DNA of 64,000 nucleotides from an uncultured Clostridia bacterium (GCA_904420155.1 CAJFUH010000003.1:11475-75474), one strand, 5' to 3'. Positions 10,116-21,215 are shown, counted from the first letter of the stretch. Notes: a model not told the origin generated them from the sequence alone. Made by a program: numbers and translations.

Positions 10116-11534
10116 TTATTTTTTAATCTTTTGAGAAAACTTATCGACCGGTTTTTCCTCTGGTACTTCAATGGGATAGTTTCCAGTAAAGCAAGCATCA
10201 CAGAAATCAATGTTAGCCTCTTTTGCAATCCCATGGATTCCTTCGATACTTAAATACCCTAGAGAATCCGCGCCAATGGTTTTGCATACTTCATCCAATG
10301 GCATCCTGCATGCAATCAACTTATCGCGGGAATCAATATCGGTTCCAAAATAACAAGGGTTTAGGAATGGCGGAGAAGAAATCCGCATATGTACTTCCTT
10401 AGCGCCGGCTTCCCTCAGCATCTGCACAATGTGGGCGCAAGTGGTACCGCGCACAATAGAATCATCAATTAATACAATCCTTTTCCCTGAAATAGCGGCA
10501 GATAGAGCATTGAGCTTAATCCTCACCGCACGCTCTCTTTTCTTCTGGGTATCTTGGATAAAGGTACGGCCAATGTACTTATTTTTGATCAAAGCGATTC
10601 CATAAGGGATCCCGGATTCTAAAGAATAGCCTAACGCCGCGTCCAGGCCAGAATCCGGTACGCCGCATACCAAATCCGCTTCTACCGGATGTTCTTTGGC
10701 CAAAGCCATACCTGCTCTCTGCCGGGCCAGATGAACGCTGACCCCCTCCACGGTGGAATCCGGACGGGCAAAATAAACATATTCAAATATACAAAAAGAC
10801 GTTTTTTCCTGGCATTTTTCCGTATAGCTATGCAGTCCATCCTGATCGATCACCACAACTTCTCCCGGTTTGACATCCCGGACAAACTCCGCCCCCAAAC
10901 TATCAAAAGCGCAGGTTTCTGAGGAAAGCATATAACTGTTTCCTCGCTTTCCTATGGACAACGGACGGAATCCATGTGGATCTCTCGCACCAATCAGCTT
11001 TCTAGGGGACATCAGGACCAAAGAATAGGCCCCTTTTACCTTATCCATCATGGCCTGTACCGCACGTTCAATCGATCTCTGTTTCAGCCGTTCCCGAGCA
11101 ATGACATAGGCGATCAATTCCGCGTCACAGTTCGTTTGAAAAATGGCCCCATCTTTTTCCAAATCCTGACGGATCTCGTCAAAATTAGAAATAGCGCCAT
11201 TGTGTCCAATAGCAATGGTGCCCTTCACATAACGCATGACCAAAGGCTGGGCGCTGGCCCTCTCTTGCTTGTTACCGGGAGCGTAGCGCACGTGGCCCAC
11301 CGCCATAGTGCCGTCTCCCAAGTCTTTAAGGGTCCTCTCTGTAAAAACTTCCGGAACCAAACCTACGTCTTTATGGAACGAGATAACCCCGTCGTCATTA
11401 ACGGCGATACCTGCGCTTTCTTGGCCTCTATGCTGCAAAGCATACAGCGCCAAATAGGTCTCGTCCACTACTCCTTGACGATCTGGATCGTATACACCGA
11501 ACAGACCACATTCCTCATGGGGCTTTTCTGTCAT
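10116..11534 (-). CDS. purF: amidophosphoribosyltransferase
   Basis: 472 aa. N-terminal ECGLFGV (Ntn Cys), a PRTase motif VLIDDSIVRGTT and C-terminal Cys residues. Confidence 0.95.
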   Translation of the reverse strand: MTEKPHEECGLFGVYDPDRQGVVDETYLALYALQHRGQESAGIAVNDDGVISFHKDVGLVPEVFTERTLKDLGDGTMAVGHVRYAPGNKQERASAQPLVMRYVKGTIAIGHNGAISNFDEIRQDLEKDGAIFQTNCDAELIAYVIARERLKQRSIERAVQAMMDKVKGAYSLVLMSPRKLIGARDPHGFRPLSIGKRGNSYMLSSETCAFDSLGAEFVRDVKPGEVVVIDQDGLHSYTEKCQEKTSFCIFEYVYFARPDSTVEGVSVHLARQRAGMALAKEHPVEADLVCGVPDSGLDAALGYSLESGIPYGIALIKNKYIGRTFIQDTQKKRERAVRIKLNALSAAISGKRIVLIDDSIVRGTTCAHIVQMLREAGAKEVHMRISSPPFLNPCYFGTDIDSRDKLIACRMPLDEVCKTIGADSLGYLSIEGIHGIAKEANIDFCDACFTGNYPIEVPEEKPVDKFSQKIKK

Positions 11535-11595
11535 TCTGAGTGCCTCCTTCTTTATTCTTTCTTATGCTTATACAATTGTTGAATCTTTTTGCATG

Positions 11596-12102
11596 TTAAA
11601 GCGCTTCTATCTTTGCCTGTAACTCCGCATCTTTCTTAGCAACGCCTTCTGCCATTTCTTTTTTCATCTGTGCGAGACGAGAGGCTAATCTATCATCTGA
11701 TAGAGAAAGCATCTGGGCCGCTAACAATGCCGCGTTATTGGCTCCGTCAATCGCCACGGTGGCTACAGGGATCCCGCTAGGCATCTGTACCGTTGCCAAC
11801 AATGCGTCCAACCCATCTAATGTGGAAGATTTCACAGGAATCCCAATAACAGGCAACGTTGTATGGGCCGCTAATACACCTGCCAAGTGTGCGGCCTTTC
11901 CTGCGGCAGCAATGATGACGCCGAACCCATTTTCCCGGGCCGCAGAAGAAAACTGGGCAGCCTGTTCCGGGGTGCGATGCGCAGACATCACATGTACTTC
12001 TACCGGAATTTCCAGGGACTTTAAAGTCTTCACTGCGCCGGAAACCACAGGAAAATCACTATCGCTCCCCATAATCACTGCGACTTTTTTACAATCGGCC
12101 AT
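11596..12102 (-). CDS. purE: 5-(carboxyamino)imidazole ribonucleotide mutase (PurE; class I-like AAHL motif)
   Basis: 168 aa with VAVIMGSDSD, MSAHRTP and AAAGKAAHLAGV. Confidence 0.9.
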   Translation of the reverse strand: MADCKKVAVIMGSDSDFPVVSGAVKTLKSLEIPVEVHVMSAHRTPEQAAQFSSAARENGFGVIIAAAGKAAHLAGVLAAHTTLPVIGIPVKSSTLDGLDALLATVQMPSGIPVATVAIDGANNAALLAAQMLSLSDDRLASRLAQMKKEMAEGVAKKDAELQAKIEAL

Positions 12103-12159
12103 ATTCTATTACTCCTTATTATATTTTTCCCGATCTAGGAGGTAAATCGTTCTTTACGC

Positions 12160-12201
12160 AAAAAATTCAGGCTGCGGCATCTAAATAAATACCACAGCCT
12201 G
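12160..12201 (-). terminator. intrinsic terminator (attenuator) inside the purE leader
   Basis: Minus strand: CAGGCTGTGG-14 nt-CCGCAGCCTG followed by AATTTTTT. Lies about 58 nt upstream of the purE ATG and downstream of the predicted promoter. Confidence 0.65.
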
Positions 12202-12206
12202 ATTTC

Positions 12207-12290
12207 TCATGCTGACTCTGAGTTGTGCGCAATTTCCCCATGGTACACAAAACGCCAAGTAAAAAGCTTTCCTATGAAGAAACCATTCAT
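12207..12290 (-). CDS. putative 27-codon leader ORF in the purE leader (MNGFFIGKLFTWRFVYHGEIAHNSESA)
   Basis: ATG with GGGAGG 8 nt upstream. The TGA stop lies 5 nt before the 5' arm of the leader terminator. No family recognised. Confidence 0.3.
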   Translation of the reverse strand: MNGFFIGKLFTWRFVYHGEIAHNSESA

Positions 12291-12321
12291 GCACACTACC
12301 TCCCAGATACACTCCTCTTTC

Positions 12322-12350
12322 ATTTTATTGCATCATGCATATAAATTCAA
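12322..12350 (-). promoter_or_regulatory. sigma-A type promoter for the pur operon
   Basis: Minus strand: TTGAAT-17 nt-TAAAAT. Predicts a leader of about 210 nt. Confidence 0.5.
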
Positions 12351-12442
12351 GAGCTTATGTCCACAACTTCACAAATTTGTATCTATATGGTGAGGAAGCC
12401 TTTGTTTTCTTTACTATTTTGTTAAATTTGACTTGTTTCTAC

Positions 12443-13354
12443 TTAATTCCCCTTTGGGGCATCGCTTACTACCAGCTCTTTCAAGGATGTTGCCAAACTG
12501 GCCATAGACTGGATCTCAGACGGAATGATAATTTTCGTCGCCTTACCATCCGCCGCTTTCTCAAACGCTTCCAAGCTCTTCAAGGCGATAACGCGGTCCG
12601 AGGGATTGGCCTCGTTGAGCATTTGCAGACTGTCTGCATAAGCTTTTTGCACAGAAAGGATCGCTTCCGCCTCGCCTTGCGCTTCACGGATCTTGGTTTC
12701 CTTAATGGCATCAGCCTTTAAAATAGCAGCTTCCTTATGACCCTCTGCTACCAAAATTTCACTGCGTTTTTCACCTTCCGCATCCAGGATCTTAGCGCGG
12801 CGTTCACGCTCTGCTTTCATCTGTTTTTCCATGGCGTCCTGGATTTCACGAGGCGGAAGGATATTCTTTAGTTCGACACGGTTTACTTTTATCCCCCAGG
12901 GGTCCGTGGCTTCATCCAAGATCACACGAATTTTGGAATTGATGATATCACGGGAAGTTAAGGTGTGATCCAGTTCCATCTCGCCAATAATATTTCTTAA
13001 TGTAGTTGCGCTCAGGTTTTCAATGGCAGAAATGGGACTTTCTACCCCATAAGCGTAAAGTTTGGGGTCTGTAATCTGGAAATATACCACGGTATCAATC
13101 TGCATCGTAACGTTATCTTTGGTAATAACCGGCTGAGGCGGAAAATCCACCACTTGTTCTTTCAAAGATACTTTTTTGGCGATACGGTCTGCAAAAGGAA
13201 TTTTGACATGCAATCCGGTACCCCAGGCGGAATGGAAAGCGCCTAAGCGCTCTACTACATAAGCATGCGCTTGCGGAACCACCTTGACATTAGCAATTAA
13301 AATCAGCAAAATAACGATAACCAATGCGATGACTACATAAACAATAGGTTCCAT
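12443..13354 (-). CDS. SPFH/band 7 (stomatin/prohibitin-like) membrane protein
   Basis: 303 aa. N-terminal TM helix, then an SPFH core and a charged coiled-coil (KAERERRAKILDAEGEK). Confidence 0.9.
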   Translation of the reverse strand: MEPIVYVVIALVIVILLILIANVKVVPQAHAYVVERLGAFHSAWGTGLHVKIPFADRIAKKVSLKEQVVDFPPQPVITKDNVTMQIDTVVYFQITDPKLYAYGVESPISAIENLSATTLRNIIGEMELDHTLTSRDIINSKIRVILDEATDPWGIKVNRVELKNILPPREIQDAMEKQMKAERERRAKILDAEGEKRSEILVAEGHKEAAILKADAIKETKIREAQGEAEAILSVQKAYADSLQMLNEANPSDRVIALKSLEAFEKAADGKATKIIIPSEIQSMASLATSLKELVVSDAPKGN

Positions 13355-13432
13355 AAACGTGATACCTCCTCAATTTTATTCATAACTGGAGATGGAAAAG
13401 ATTTGTACTTTTGAAATGAAACGAATTTCCCA

Positions 13433-13876
13433 TTAAGAAATTACTTTTACCAATAATTTAACTCCTTCAATCGATTCCACTTCTACATTGGCGCCCTTGG
13501 GAATGACAGCGCCATCTGCAGCTCGTGCGGTCCAGACGCTTCCAGACACATTGACTTGACCTACACCCAGTTCGTTGTTGATTTCCATCGTAACCAGACC
13601 AGTCTTGCCGATATAACGGCCAGCGTTGGTATCCTCCTTTTTAAAGCGCATCATCTTTTTAACCAAAGGACGCGTAAGGATCAGCATTACTGTGGAAACT
13701 GCCGCAAACACGATCAGCTGAACCGGAAGAGACACTCCAAACAAACTGACAATGAAAGCGACAAGTGCACCGAAGACGAACCAGATAGATACCATCTGTG
13801 TGGTAAGCCCCTCAACAATAGCCATGACTACTATGACACCCAACCATACATAAGGCATAGGATCCATTTTTTTCAC
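13433..13876 (-). CDS. NfeD family membrane protein
   Basis: 147 aa. Three TM helices plus a C-terminal OB-like domain (GQVNVSGSVWTARA). Classic NfeD-SPFH gene pair. Confidence 0.85.
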   Translation of the reverse strand: MKKMDPMPYVWLGVIVVMAIVEGLTTQMVSIWFVFGALVAFIVSLFGVSLPVQLIVFAAVSTVMLILTRPLVKKMMRFKKEDTNAGRYIGKTGLVTMEINNELGVGQVNVSGSVWTARAADGAVIPKGANVEVESIEGVKLLVKVIS

Positions 13877-14200
13877 CTCCTGAAGGGAAAAGCGCTAAAG
13901 AATCACACTTTTTTATCCCCTTTGTTGTTGGCCTTATCATAGCATAAACCTATGCAGAAAGCAAAGCCGGTAGAAGCCGATTTCTATTGAATTTAAATAA
14001 ACTTTTAAAACCTACTCTCCCAATCTTTCTCCCTTACATTCCAGCGAACCCAATCGGCTTCCCTCGCATTTTTTATGTTTTTATACAAGCCATATCTTTT
14101 ATTTTTATAATTATTTTTTATTTTCAGAAAAAATCCTTATTTTTATAAGGCAAAACAAAGAAAATGTGAAAATTTTTCTCAATTTTATCGGATATAGAAA

Positions 14201-14231
14201 CAGGGACCCAGTCCTTTGGACCAGGTCCCTG
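14201..14231 (-). terminator. terminator after groEL
   Basis: CAGGGACC...GGTCCCTG hairpin followed by TTTCT on the minus strand, 35 nt after the groEL stop. Confidence 0.6.
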
Positions 14232-14265
14232 TAAATATGATCTATTTTCGGAAATCGCTGGTAGA

Positions 14266-15924
<1,659 letters not shown>

Positions 15925-15949
15925 TTATGATAAAGTCTAAGATTTATGC

Positions 15950-16264
<315 letters not shown>

Positions 16265-16280
16265 TTACCAAATTGTTGTT

Positions 16281-16307
16281 TTAGCACTCTCTGTTCCTGA
16301 GTGCTAA
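16281..16307 (-). promoter_or_regulatory. CIRCE operator (HrcA binding site)
   Basis: Perfect TTAGCACTC-N9-GAGTGCTAA, 47 nt upstream of groES. Confidence 0.95.
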
Positions 16308-16311
16308 AACT

Positions 16312-16340
16312 ATTTTAACCACAATAAGGGGAAAAATCAA
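16312..16340 (-). promoter_or_regulatory. groESL promoter
   Basis: Minus strand: TTGATT-17 nt-TAAAAT ending 4 nt before CIRCE. Confidence 0.6.
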
Positions 16341-16443
16341 GTAGTATTTACCAGTTTCATAAATTATTTACAATTGGGCGTTACTCCATTTTGGTTTTTC
16401 CAGTGGCCGGCAACTATTTTTATCAAAAAACCAATTAGCAAAA

Positions 16444-16484
16444 GGAGCTCTATTCTGCCAAAGTACGACAGAAAAGAGCTCCGC
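16444..16484 (-). terminator. possible terminator after the permease gene
   Basis: GGAGCTCT...AGAGCTCC stem with a structured loop, followed by TTTTG on the minus strand. Confidence 0.45.
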
Positions 16485-16518
16485 TTGTTTTATTATTCCT
16501 TTGATATCTCCGATACTT

Positions 16519-17817
16519 TTACTTCTTTTCTACTGCATCCGTTTCCTGCGTATCATCCATATCGTTAAGCAGATGGAAGCGATCAAAAAGATAAAACAGC
16601 AATCCCAAAACCATACCCACTATGCAGGCGAGAACCATTCCCTTCAGCTCCACATTTCCCAACTGAAGGGTTACGCCGGATAACCCTGTGATAAAAATTA
16701 CCGAAGTCAAAATTAAATTGCGGGATTTTCCAAAGTCCACTTTGGAATCTACCAAAATACGGATACCAGATGCGCCAATCATACCATAAAGGAGAAAAGA
16801 AATCCCTCCGATCACCGGTCCCGGAATGGTATTGATTAACGCCGAAAATTTGCCGATAAAGGAGCCTGCAATAGATAGGACGGCAGCTCCTGCAATTACT
16901 CGGACGCTATATACCCGGGTAATGGCCATAACCCCGATATTTTCTCCATAAGTGGTGGTAGGAACAGAACCAATTAAACCGGAAAGCATAGAGGAAAAGT
17001 TGTCCGCAAATAAGGAACGGTGCAATCCTGGATCTTTCAGTAGATCCCTTCCTACAATTTTGCTGGTAACCACCTGATGACCGATATGTTCCGAAGTGAT
17101 GACCAACAAAACTGGCAGCAGGGTCCAAATGGCCTCTAAGTTAAATTTAGGCATGCTGAAATTTGGCAGTGAAAAAATTTGCGCTTGCTGTACAGGGGTA
17201 AAATCTACCAATCCGCAGCAGGCCGCTGTGATATACCCTGCAATAATGGCAATTAAAATTGGAATTACAGAAAGGAACTTTCGAAACAGCACGGAACCGA
17301 ATACCGCAACTCCTAATGTTACCAAAAAAACGATGACATTTTTGGGATCAATAGGGGCTCCTTCAACATGCAAAATTTTAGCGTTTTCTGCCGCGTTTCC
17401 CGCCAGCTCCAAGCCAATAAGCGCTACTACAGGCCCCATCGCGGCAGGGGGAAGCACGACGTCAATCCATTTAGAACCAAATTTCCATACAACCAAAGCC
17501 AATAAACAACCGCATAGCCCAACTATCACGAAACCGCCCAATGCATACTCATATCCAAACTTGCTGATGACCAATCCGCCAGGTCCCAAAAACGCAAAGC
17601 TAGACCCCAGGTATGCGGGCGCTTTCCCCTTGGTAATCAAGATAAACAACAGTGTTCCAATTCCATTCATAAATAAAACAATTGCCGGATTGATACCAAA
17701 TACAGTCGGTACCAGGACGGATGCGCCAAACATGGCAAACATATGCTGCACACTGAGCGGCGCTAGTAAGGAGAATGGTACTTTCTCCTCTACTTGAATA
17801 ACTCTACCCTTTTGCAC
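16519..17817 (-). CDS. uracil/xanthine permease (NCS2 family)
   Basis: Polytopic membrane protein of the NCS2 type (...QHMFAMFGASVLVP...). I prefer the GTG start at 17817, 7 nt after GGAGG; the ORF track starts at 17835. An extended -10 TGGTATAAT lies just upstream. Confidence 0.85.
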   Translation of the reverse strand: MQKGRVIQVEEKVPFSLLAPLSVQHMFAMFGASVLVPTVFGINPAIVLFMNGIGTLLFILITKGKAPAYLGSSFAFLGPGGLVISKFGYEYALGGFVIVGLCGCLLALVVWKFGSKWIDVVLPPAAMGPVVALIGLELAGNAAENAKILHVEGAPIDPKNVIVFLVTLGVAVFGSVLFRKFLSVIPILIAIIAGYITAACCGLVDFTPVQQAQIFSLPNFSMPKFNLEAIWTLLPVLLVITSEHIGHQVVTSKIVGRDLLKDPGLHRSLFADNFSSMLSGLIGSVPTTTYGENIGVMAITRVYSVRVIAGAAVLSIAGSFIGKFSALINTIPGPVIGGISFLLYGMIGASGIRILVDSKVDFGKSRNLILTSVIFITGLSGVTLQLGNVELKGMVLACIVGMVLGLLFYLFDRFHLLNDMDDTQETDAVEKK

Positions 17818-17995
17818 AATATAACCTCCTGTCAAATATTTTTAACCATTATACCATAAAAACAAAAATTATCCTACAACATCATAGTTTTCATAATTTT
17901 TTGAACCTATCTTCGATTTATCGACAAACCTTCTTGTTGTTCCCCATCTTATATGATAAGATGCTAAGAGTAATCGATACCAAGGAGGAGACCTC

Positions 17996-18721
17996 ATGAA
18001 AAAACATTCATTTAAAAAGATACGATGGAATGTGCAGGGGATCATTGCAACGATCGTTTTTCTCTCTTTGATTCTCTCTATCCTTTTTTTGGTCATTCAT
18101 CTTTTTATCGCTCCAGGATCAGAAGAATCCCCCCAACCCTTTGAACGAACCAAAAGTGATTACGTTTTGATGCTACTTCAATGCTCCCTGGGTATTTTAG
18201 CTATGATATTGCCCAGCTTGATTTCCCGAAAACTGCGCATTGAAATTCCTTCTGTGATGTATGTATTATTCCTTGTTTTTCTTTATTGTGCCATTTATTT
18301 AGGAGAAGTTCGGAATTTCTATTACGATATCCCCAATTGGGATACTATACTGCATGGATTTAGCGGGGCCATGCTGGGAGCTTTGGGTTTTTCCTTTGTG
18401 ACGCTGCTCAACAGAGAAGATCGTGTTCCTATCAATCTTAGCCCCCTTTTTGTTGTGGTTTTTGCATTCTGTTTTGCCATCACATTAGGAGTCTTTTGGG
18501 AAATTTACGAATTTTCCTTTGACGGGTTATTGGGCCTCAACATGCAAAAAGCTTATTTAGAGGACGGCACCCCACTGGTAGGCCGTACAGCTCTCATGGA
18601 TACCATGAAAGATTTAATTTTAGATGCCTCCGGCGCTTTGGTCGCCTGTATCATCGGCTATATTTCCTTGAAATATAAAAAGGGCTGGATTGAAAAACTA
18701 CAAATTAGAAGAAAACATTGA
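17996..18721 (+). CDS. polytopic membrane protein, family not recognised
   Basis: 241 aa with about 6 hydrophobic helices. AGGAGG lies 6 nt upstream of the ATG. Confidence 0.6.
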   Translation: MKKHSFKKIRWNVQGIIATIVFLSLILSILFLVIHLFIAPGSEESPQPFERTKSDYVLMLLQCSLGILAMILPSLISRKLRIEIPSVMYVLFLVFLYCAIYLGEVRNFYYDIPNWDTILHGFSGAMLGALGFSFVTLLNREDRVPINLSPLFVVVFAFCFAITLGVFWEIYEFSFDGLLGLNMQKAYLEDGTPLVGRTALMDTMKDLILDASGALVACIIGYISLKYKKGWIEKLQIRRKH

Positions 18722-18764
18722 ATTCCCTTTATAAAGGATTTTGGGAAAAATCGCACGGATATGG

Positions 18765-18793
18765 TTGAATTTTGTTAGGGATCGCGTTACAAT
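18765..18793 (+). promoter_or_regulatory. promoter upstream of the PduL-type gene
   Basis: TTGAAT-17 nt-TACAAT. Confidence 0.5.
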
Positions 18794-18832
18794 GGAGACG
18801 GTCAAATCAATTATATTAGGAGCTGTTGCACT

Positions 18833-19402
18833 TTGAAAATTATGGTTGAAACTTCTGCACGTCATGTCCATGTTACCAAGGAGGATCTCGCCACCCTGTT
18901 TGGTCCGGACGCCAAATTGACAAACAAAAAGGATTTATCCCAACCAGGGCAGTTTGCCTGTTATGAACGGGTAACTGTTGTCGGTCCCAAAGGGGAGCTT
19001 CCCAACGTTTCTATCTTAGGCCCGGAACGCAAACAAACACAGGTAGAGCTCTCTTTGACGGATGCCAGAAAAATTGGCATTGTTCCTCCTATTCGGGAAT
19101 CCGGCGACCTCGAAGGAACCCCTGGCTGCAAGTTGATCGGTCCCGCAGGAGAAGTAGAAATTTCCTGTGGAGTAATCGCTGCAAAACGCCATATCCATAT
19201 GAGCTTAGAATCTGCTAAAGAATACAATTTACAGGATAAGCAGGTTGTTTCCGTAAAAGTCGGAGCCAACGAACGCGAGTTAACCTTTGGAGACGTCGTG
19301 GTTCGCGTGCGTGCAGATTTTGCGCCTGCAATGCATATCGATACCGATGAAGCCAATGCAGCTGGTCTGCCAGGCACAGTAGATGGGGAAATTATTGCAT
19401 AA
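18833..19402 (+). CDS. pduL: phosphate acyltransferase of the PduL (PTAC) family
   Basis: 189 aa. Two PduL-type repeats with SARHVHV and AKRHIHM histidine motifs. The start (TTG 18833 or ATG 18842) is uncertain. Confidence 0.8.
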   Translation: MKIMVETSARHVHVTKEDLATLFGPDAKLTNKKDLSQPGQFACYERVTVVGPKGELPNVSILGPERKQTQVELSLTDARKIGIVPPIRESGDLEGTPGCKLIGPAGEVEISCGVIAAKRHIHMSLESAKEYNLQDKQVVSVKVGANERELTFGDVVVRVRADFAPAMHIDTDEANAAGLPGTVDGEIIA

Positions 19403-19462
19403 CGAATATCGTTTCTATGCATAATAAAAACTAGACATCTTTTGGAAAGAAGGTTTTTTTCA

Positions 19463-19978
19463 ATGCTTCAGCAGGAAATGGCCGATATGTTAAATAAGCA
19501 GTTGAATCGAGAATTTTTCTCGGCCTATCTTTATTTGGAAATTGCCAATTACTATTCTGATCAAGGCTTGGACGGTTTTGCCAATTGGTTTACCATCCAA
19601 ACCCAAGAAGAACGGGATCATGCCATGCTATTTCGCATATATCTTTTAAATAATGATACTCATGTGCAATTGATGGAAATTCCCGCGCCAAATCAGTCGT
19701 TCTCGAATCCTAAAATGCCTTTGGAAGCTGCTTTAGAACATGAACGTTATATTACTTCACACATTCACGAATTATACGCGGAGGCTCATCGCCTGAAAGA
19801 CTTCCGTACCGTGCAGTTTTTAGATTGGTTCGTAAAAGAACAAGGGGAAGAAGAAAAGAACACCAATGATCTCGTTAAGCGATTTGAATTGTTTGGGGAG
19901 GATCCAAAAGGACTATACCTTTTGGATTCCGAATTGGCATCGCGCGTTTATACAGCCCCTTCACTGGTGTTAGACTAA
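19463..19978 (+). CDS. ferritin (non-haem, Ftn-like)
   Basis: MLQQEMADMLNKQLNREFFSAYLYLEIANYY plus QEERDHA ferroxidase-centre residues. I start at the internal ATG 19463 rather than the track start 19442. Confidence 0.85.
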   Translation: MLQQEMADMLNKQLNREFFSAYLYLEIANYYSDQGLDGFANWFTIQTQEERDHAMLFRIYLLNNDTHVQLMEIPAPNQSFSNPKMPLEAALEHERYITSHIHELYAEAHRLKDFRTVQFLDWFVKEQGEEEKNTNDLVKRFELFGEDPKGLYLLDSELASRVYTAPSLVLD

Positions 19979-19984
19979 GGATTG

Positions 19985-20032
19985 AAAAAAGGATGTGCCG
20001 CAGAAAAAGAATTCTGCGGCACATCCTTTTTT
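19985..20032. terminator. bidirectional terminator between convergent genes
   Basis: GGATGTGCCGCAG-10 nt-CTGCGGCACATCC, flanked by an A-tract and a T-tract. Confidence 0.8.
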
Positions 20033-20052
20033 GTATGGTGCTTATCTGAGCA

Positions 20053-21180
20053 CTATTTTGATTGATTCTTAAAATATTGGTAAATCTGGCAAGGAATCAT
20101 ACCATTATAGAGTTTTCGACGTTTATCTGCTTTTCTTCCATAACATCTCTCAAAATCTGTATCCGGGCTGATGACAGTGTAGCTCCATCCTCTCTTTTGA
20201 ATAAAAACCTTTCCCATTACTTCATAAAGTTCTTCTGCGCGGTTCACGTCCAAAAGCCTCTCCCCATAAGGGGGGTTGCATACCACTGTTCCCCGTTCCC
20301 CTTCACAGGCAAATTCCCGTATATCTTGTTGCTTCCCTGTAATCCTCGCAGATACCCCCGCCTTCTTCGCATTCTTTAAAGCGAGTGACAGCGCCTCCTG
20401 ATCGATATCATACACATAAGCCTGAAAAAATGCGTCCCGGCGAATTTGTTCTTGTGCCCGTTCTCTCTCCCTACTCCATACCTGGGGATTACTGCTCTCC
20501 CATCGTTCCACTGCAAAGGAACGTTTTAGCCCTGGCGCGATATTCAAAGCCAACAGAGCTCCTTCGATTGCTATCGTTCCAGAACCGCAAAAAGGATCGA
20601 TGAGAACAGAATCGGAACGCACTCGAGACAGGAAACACATAGCAGCCGCCAACGTTTCCTTGATCGGGGCCTGTGTAGCAATGGCCCGATAGCCTCGTTT
20701 ATGTAAACCAGGCCCAGAAGTATCCAACATGATCTGAACCTGATCTTTCATAATTAAAAATTGGATTTGATGCAGGGGGCCCGACTCTTCAAACCAAGGA
20801 AGTCGATAGCACATCTTTAAGTGCTCTACAACAGCTTTTTTGATAATAGCCTGACAATCTGGGATGCTGGTCAATTTGGAATTGAGAGAACGTCCTTTTA
20901 CCGGGAAAGCGTCTTTTTTCCCGATCCATTGTTCCCAAGGAAGGCCTTTCACCCCTTCAAATAACTCTTCAAAACTACGAGCTGGAAAGCTTCCCACCAA
21001 AATCTGTACTCGTTCCGCATATCGAGACCCTAAATTAACACGAGCTAAGATATCTTCTCCTCCACGAAAGAGTACTCTCCCATTTTGTGCTTCCACATGG
21101 GGAACCTCCATAGCCCGCAATTCACCTGCTACCAGTCCTTCCAACCCTAATAGGCAAGGACAAACATAATTCTGTTCCAT
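20053..21180 (-). CDS. THUMP-domain class I SAM-dependent RNA methyltransferase (RlmL/YpsC-like)
   Basis: 375 aa with DPFCGSGTI (SAM motif I) and NPPYGERL (motif IV). Confidence 0.85.
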   Translation of the reverse strand: MEQNYVCPCLLGLEGLVAGELRAMEVPHVEAQNGRVLFRGGEDILARVNLGSRYAERVQILVGSFPARSFEELFEGVKGLPWEQWIGKKDAFPVKGRSLNSKLTSIPDCQAIIKKAVVEHLKMCYRLPWFEESGPLHQIQFLIMKDQVQIMLDTSGPGLHKRGYRAIATQAPIKETLAAAMCFLSRVRSDSVLIDPFCGSGTIAIEGALLALNIAPGLKRSFAVERWESSNPQVWSRERERAQEQIRRDAFFQAYVYDIDQEALSLALKNAKKAGVSARITGKQQDIREFACEGERGTVVCNPPYGERLLDVNRAEELYEVMGKVFIQKRGWSYTVISPDTDFERCYGRKADKRRKLYNGMIPCQIYQYFKNQSK

Positions 21181-21215
21181 TTTGTTCGCTCCTATCCCTC
21201 TTTATATAGTACATA

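Noticed and set aside
12103-12320. Purine, ZTP or PRPP (ykkC) riboswitch upstream of purE
   Set aside because: Context made it likely, but I could not find the conserved cores by eye: UAUAAU...GGAUAUGG...GUUUCUACC...CCGUAAAU for purine, CCGCCUGGGCA for ZTP, or the GGGUUCCG/ACACGG...GGGA core of ykkC. I report it as an unclassified leader instead. A covariance-model scan is needed.
14119-14134. CodY-box-like TATTTTCAGAAAAAA between groEL and nfeD
   Set aside because: Only about 12 of 15 positions match AATTTTCWGAAAATT, in a very AT-rich spacer. That is within chance expectation.
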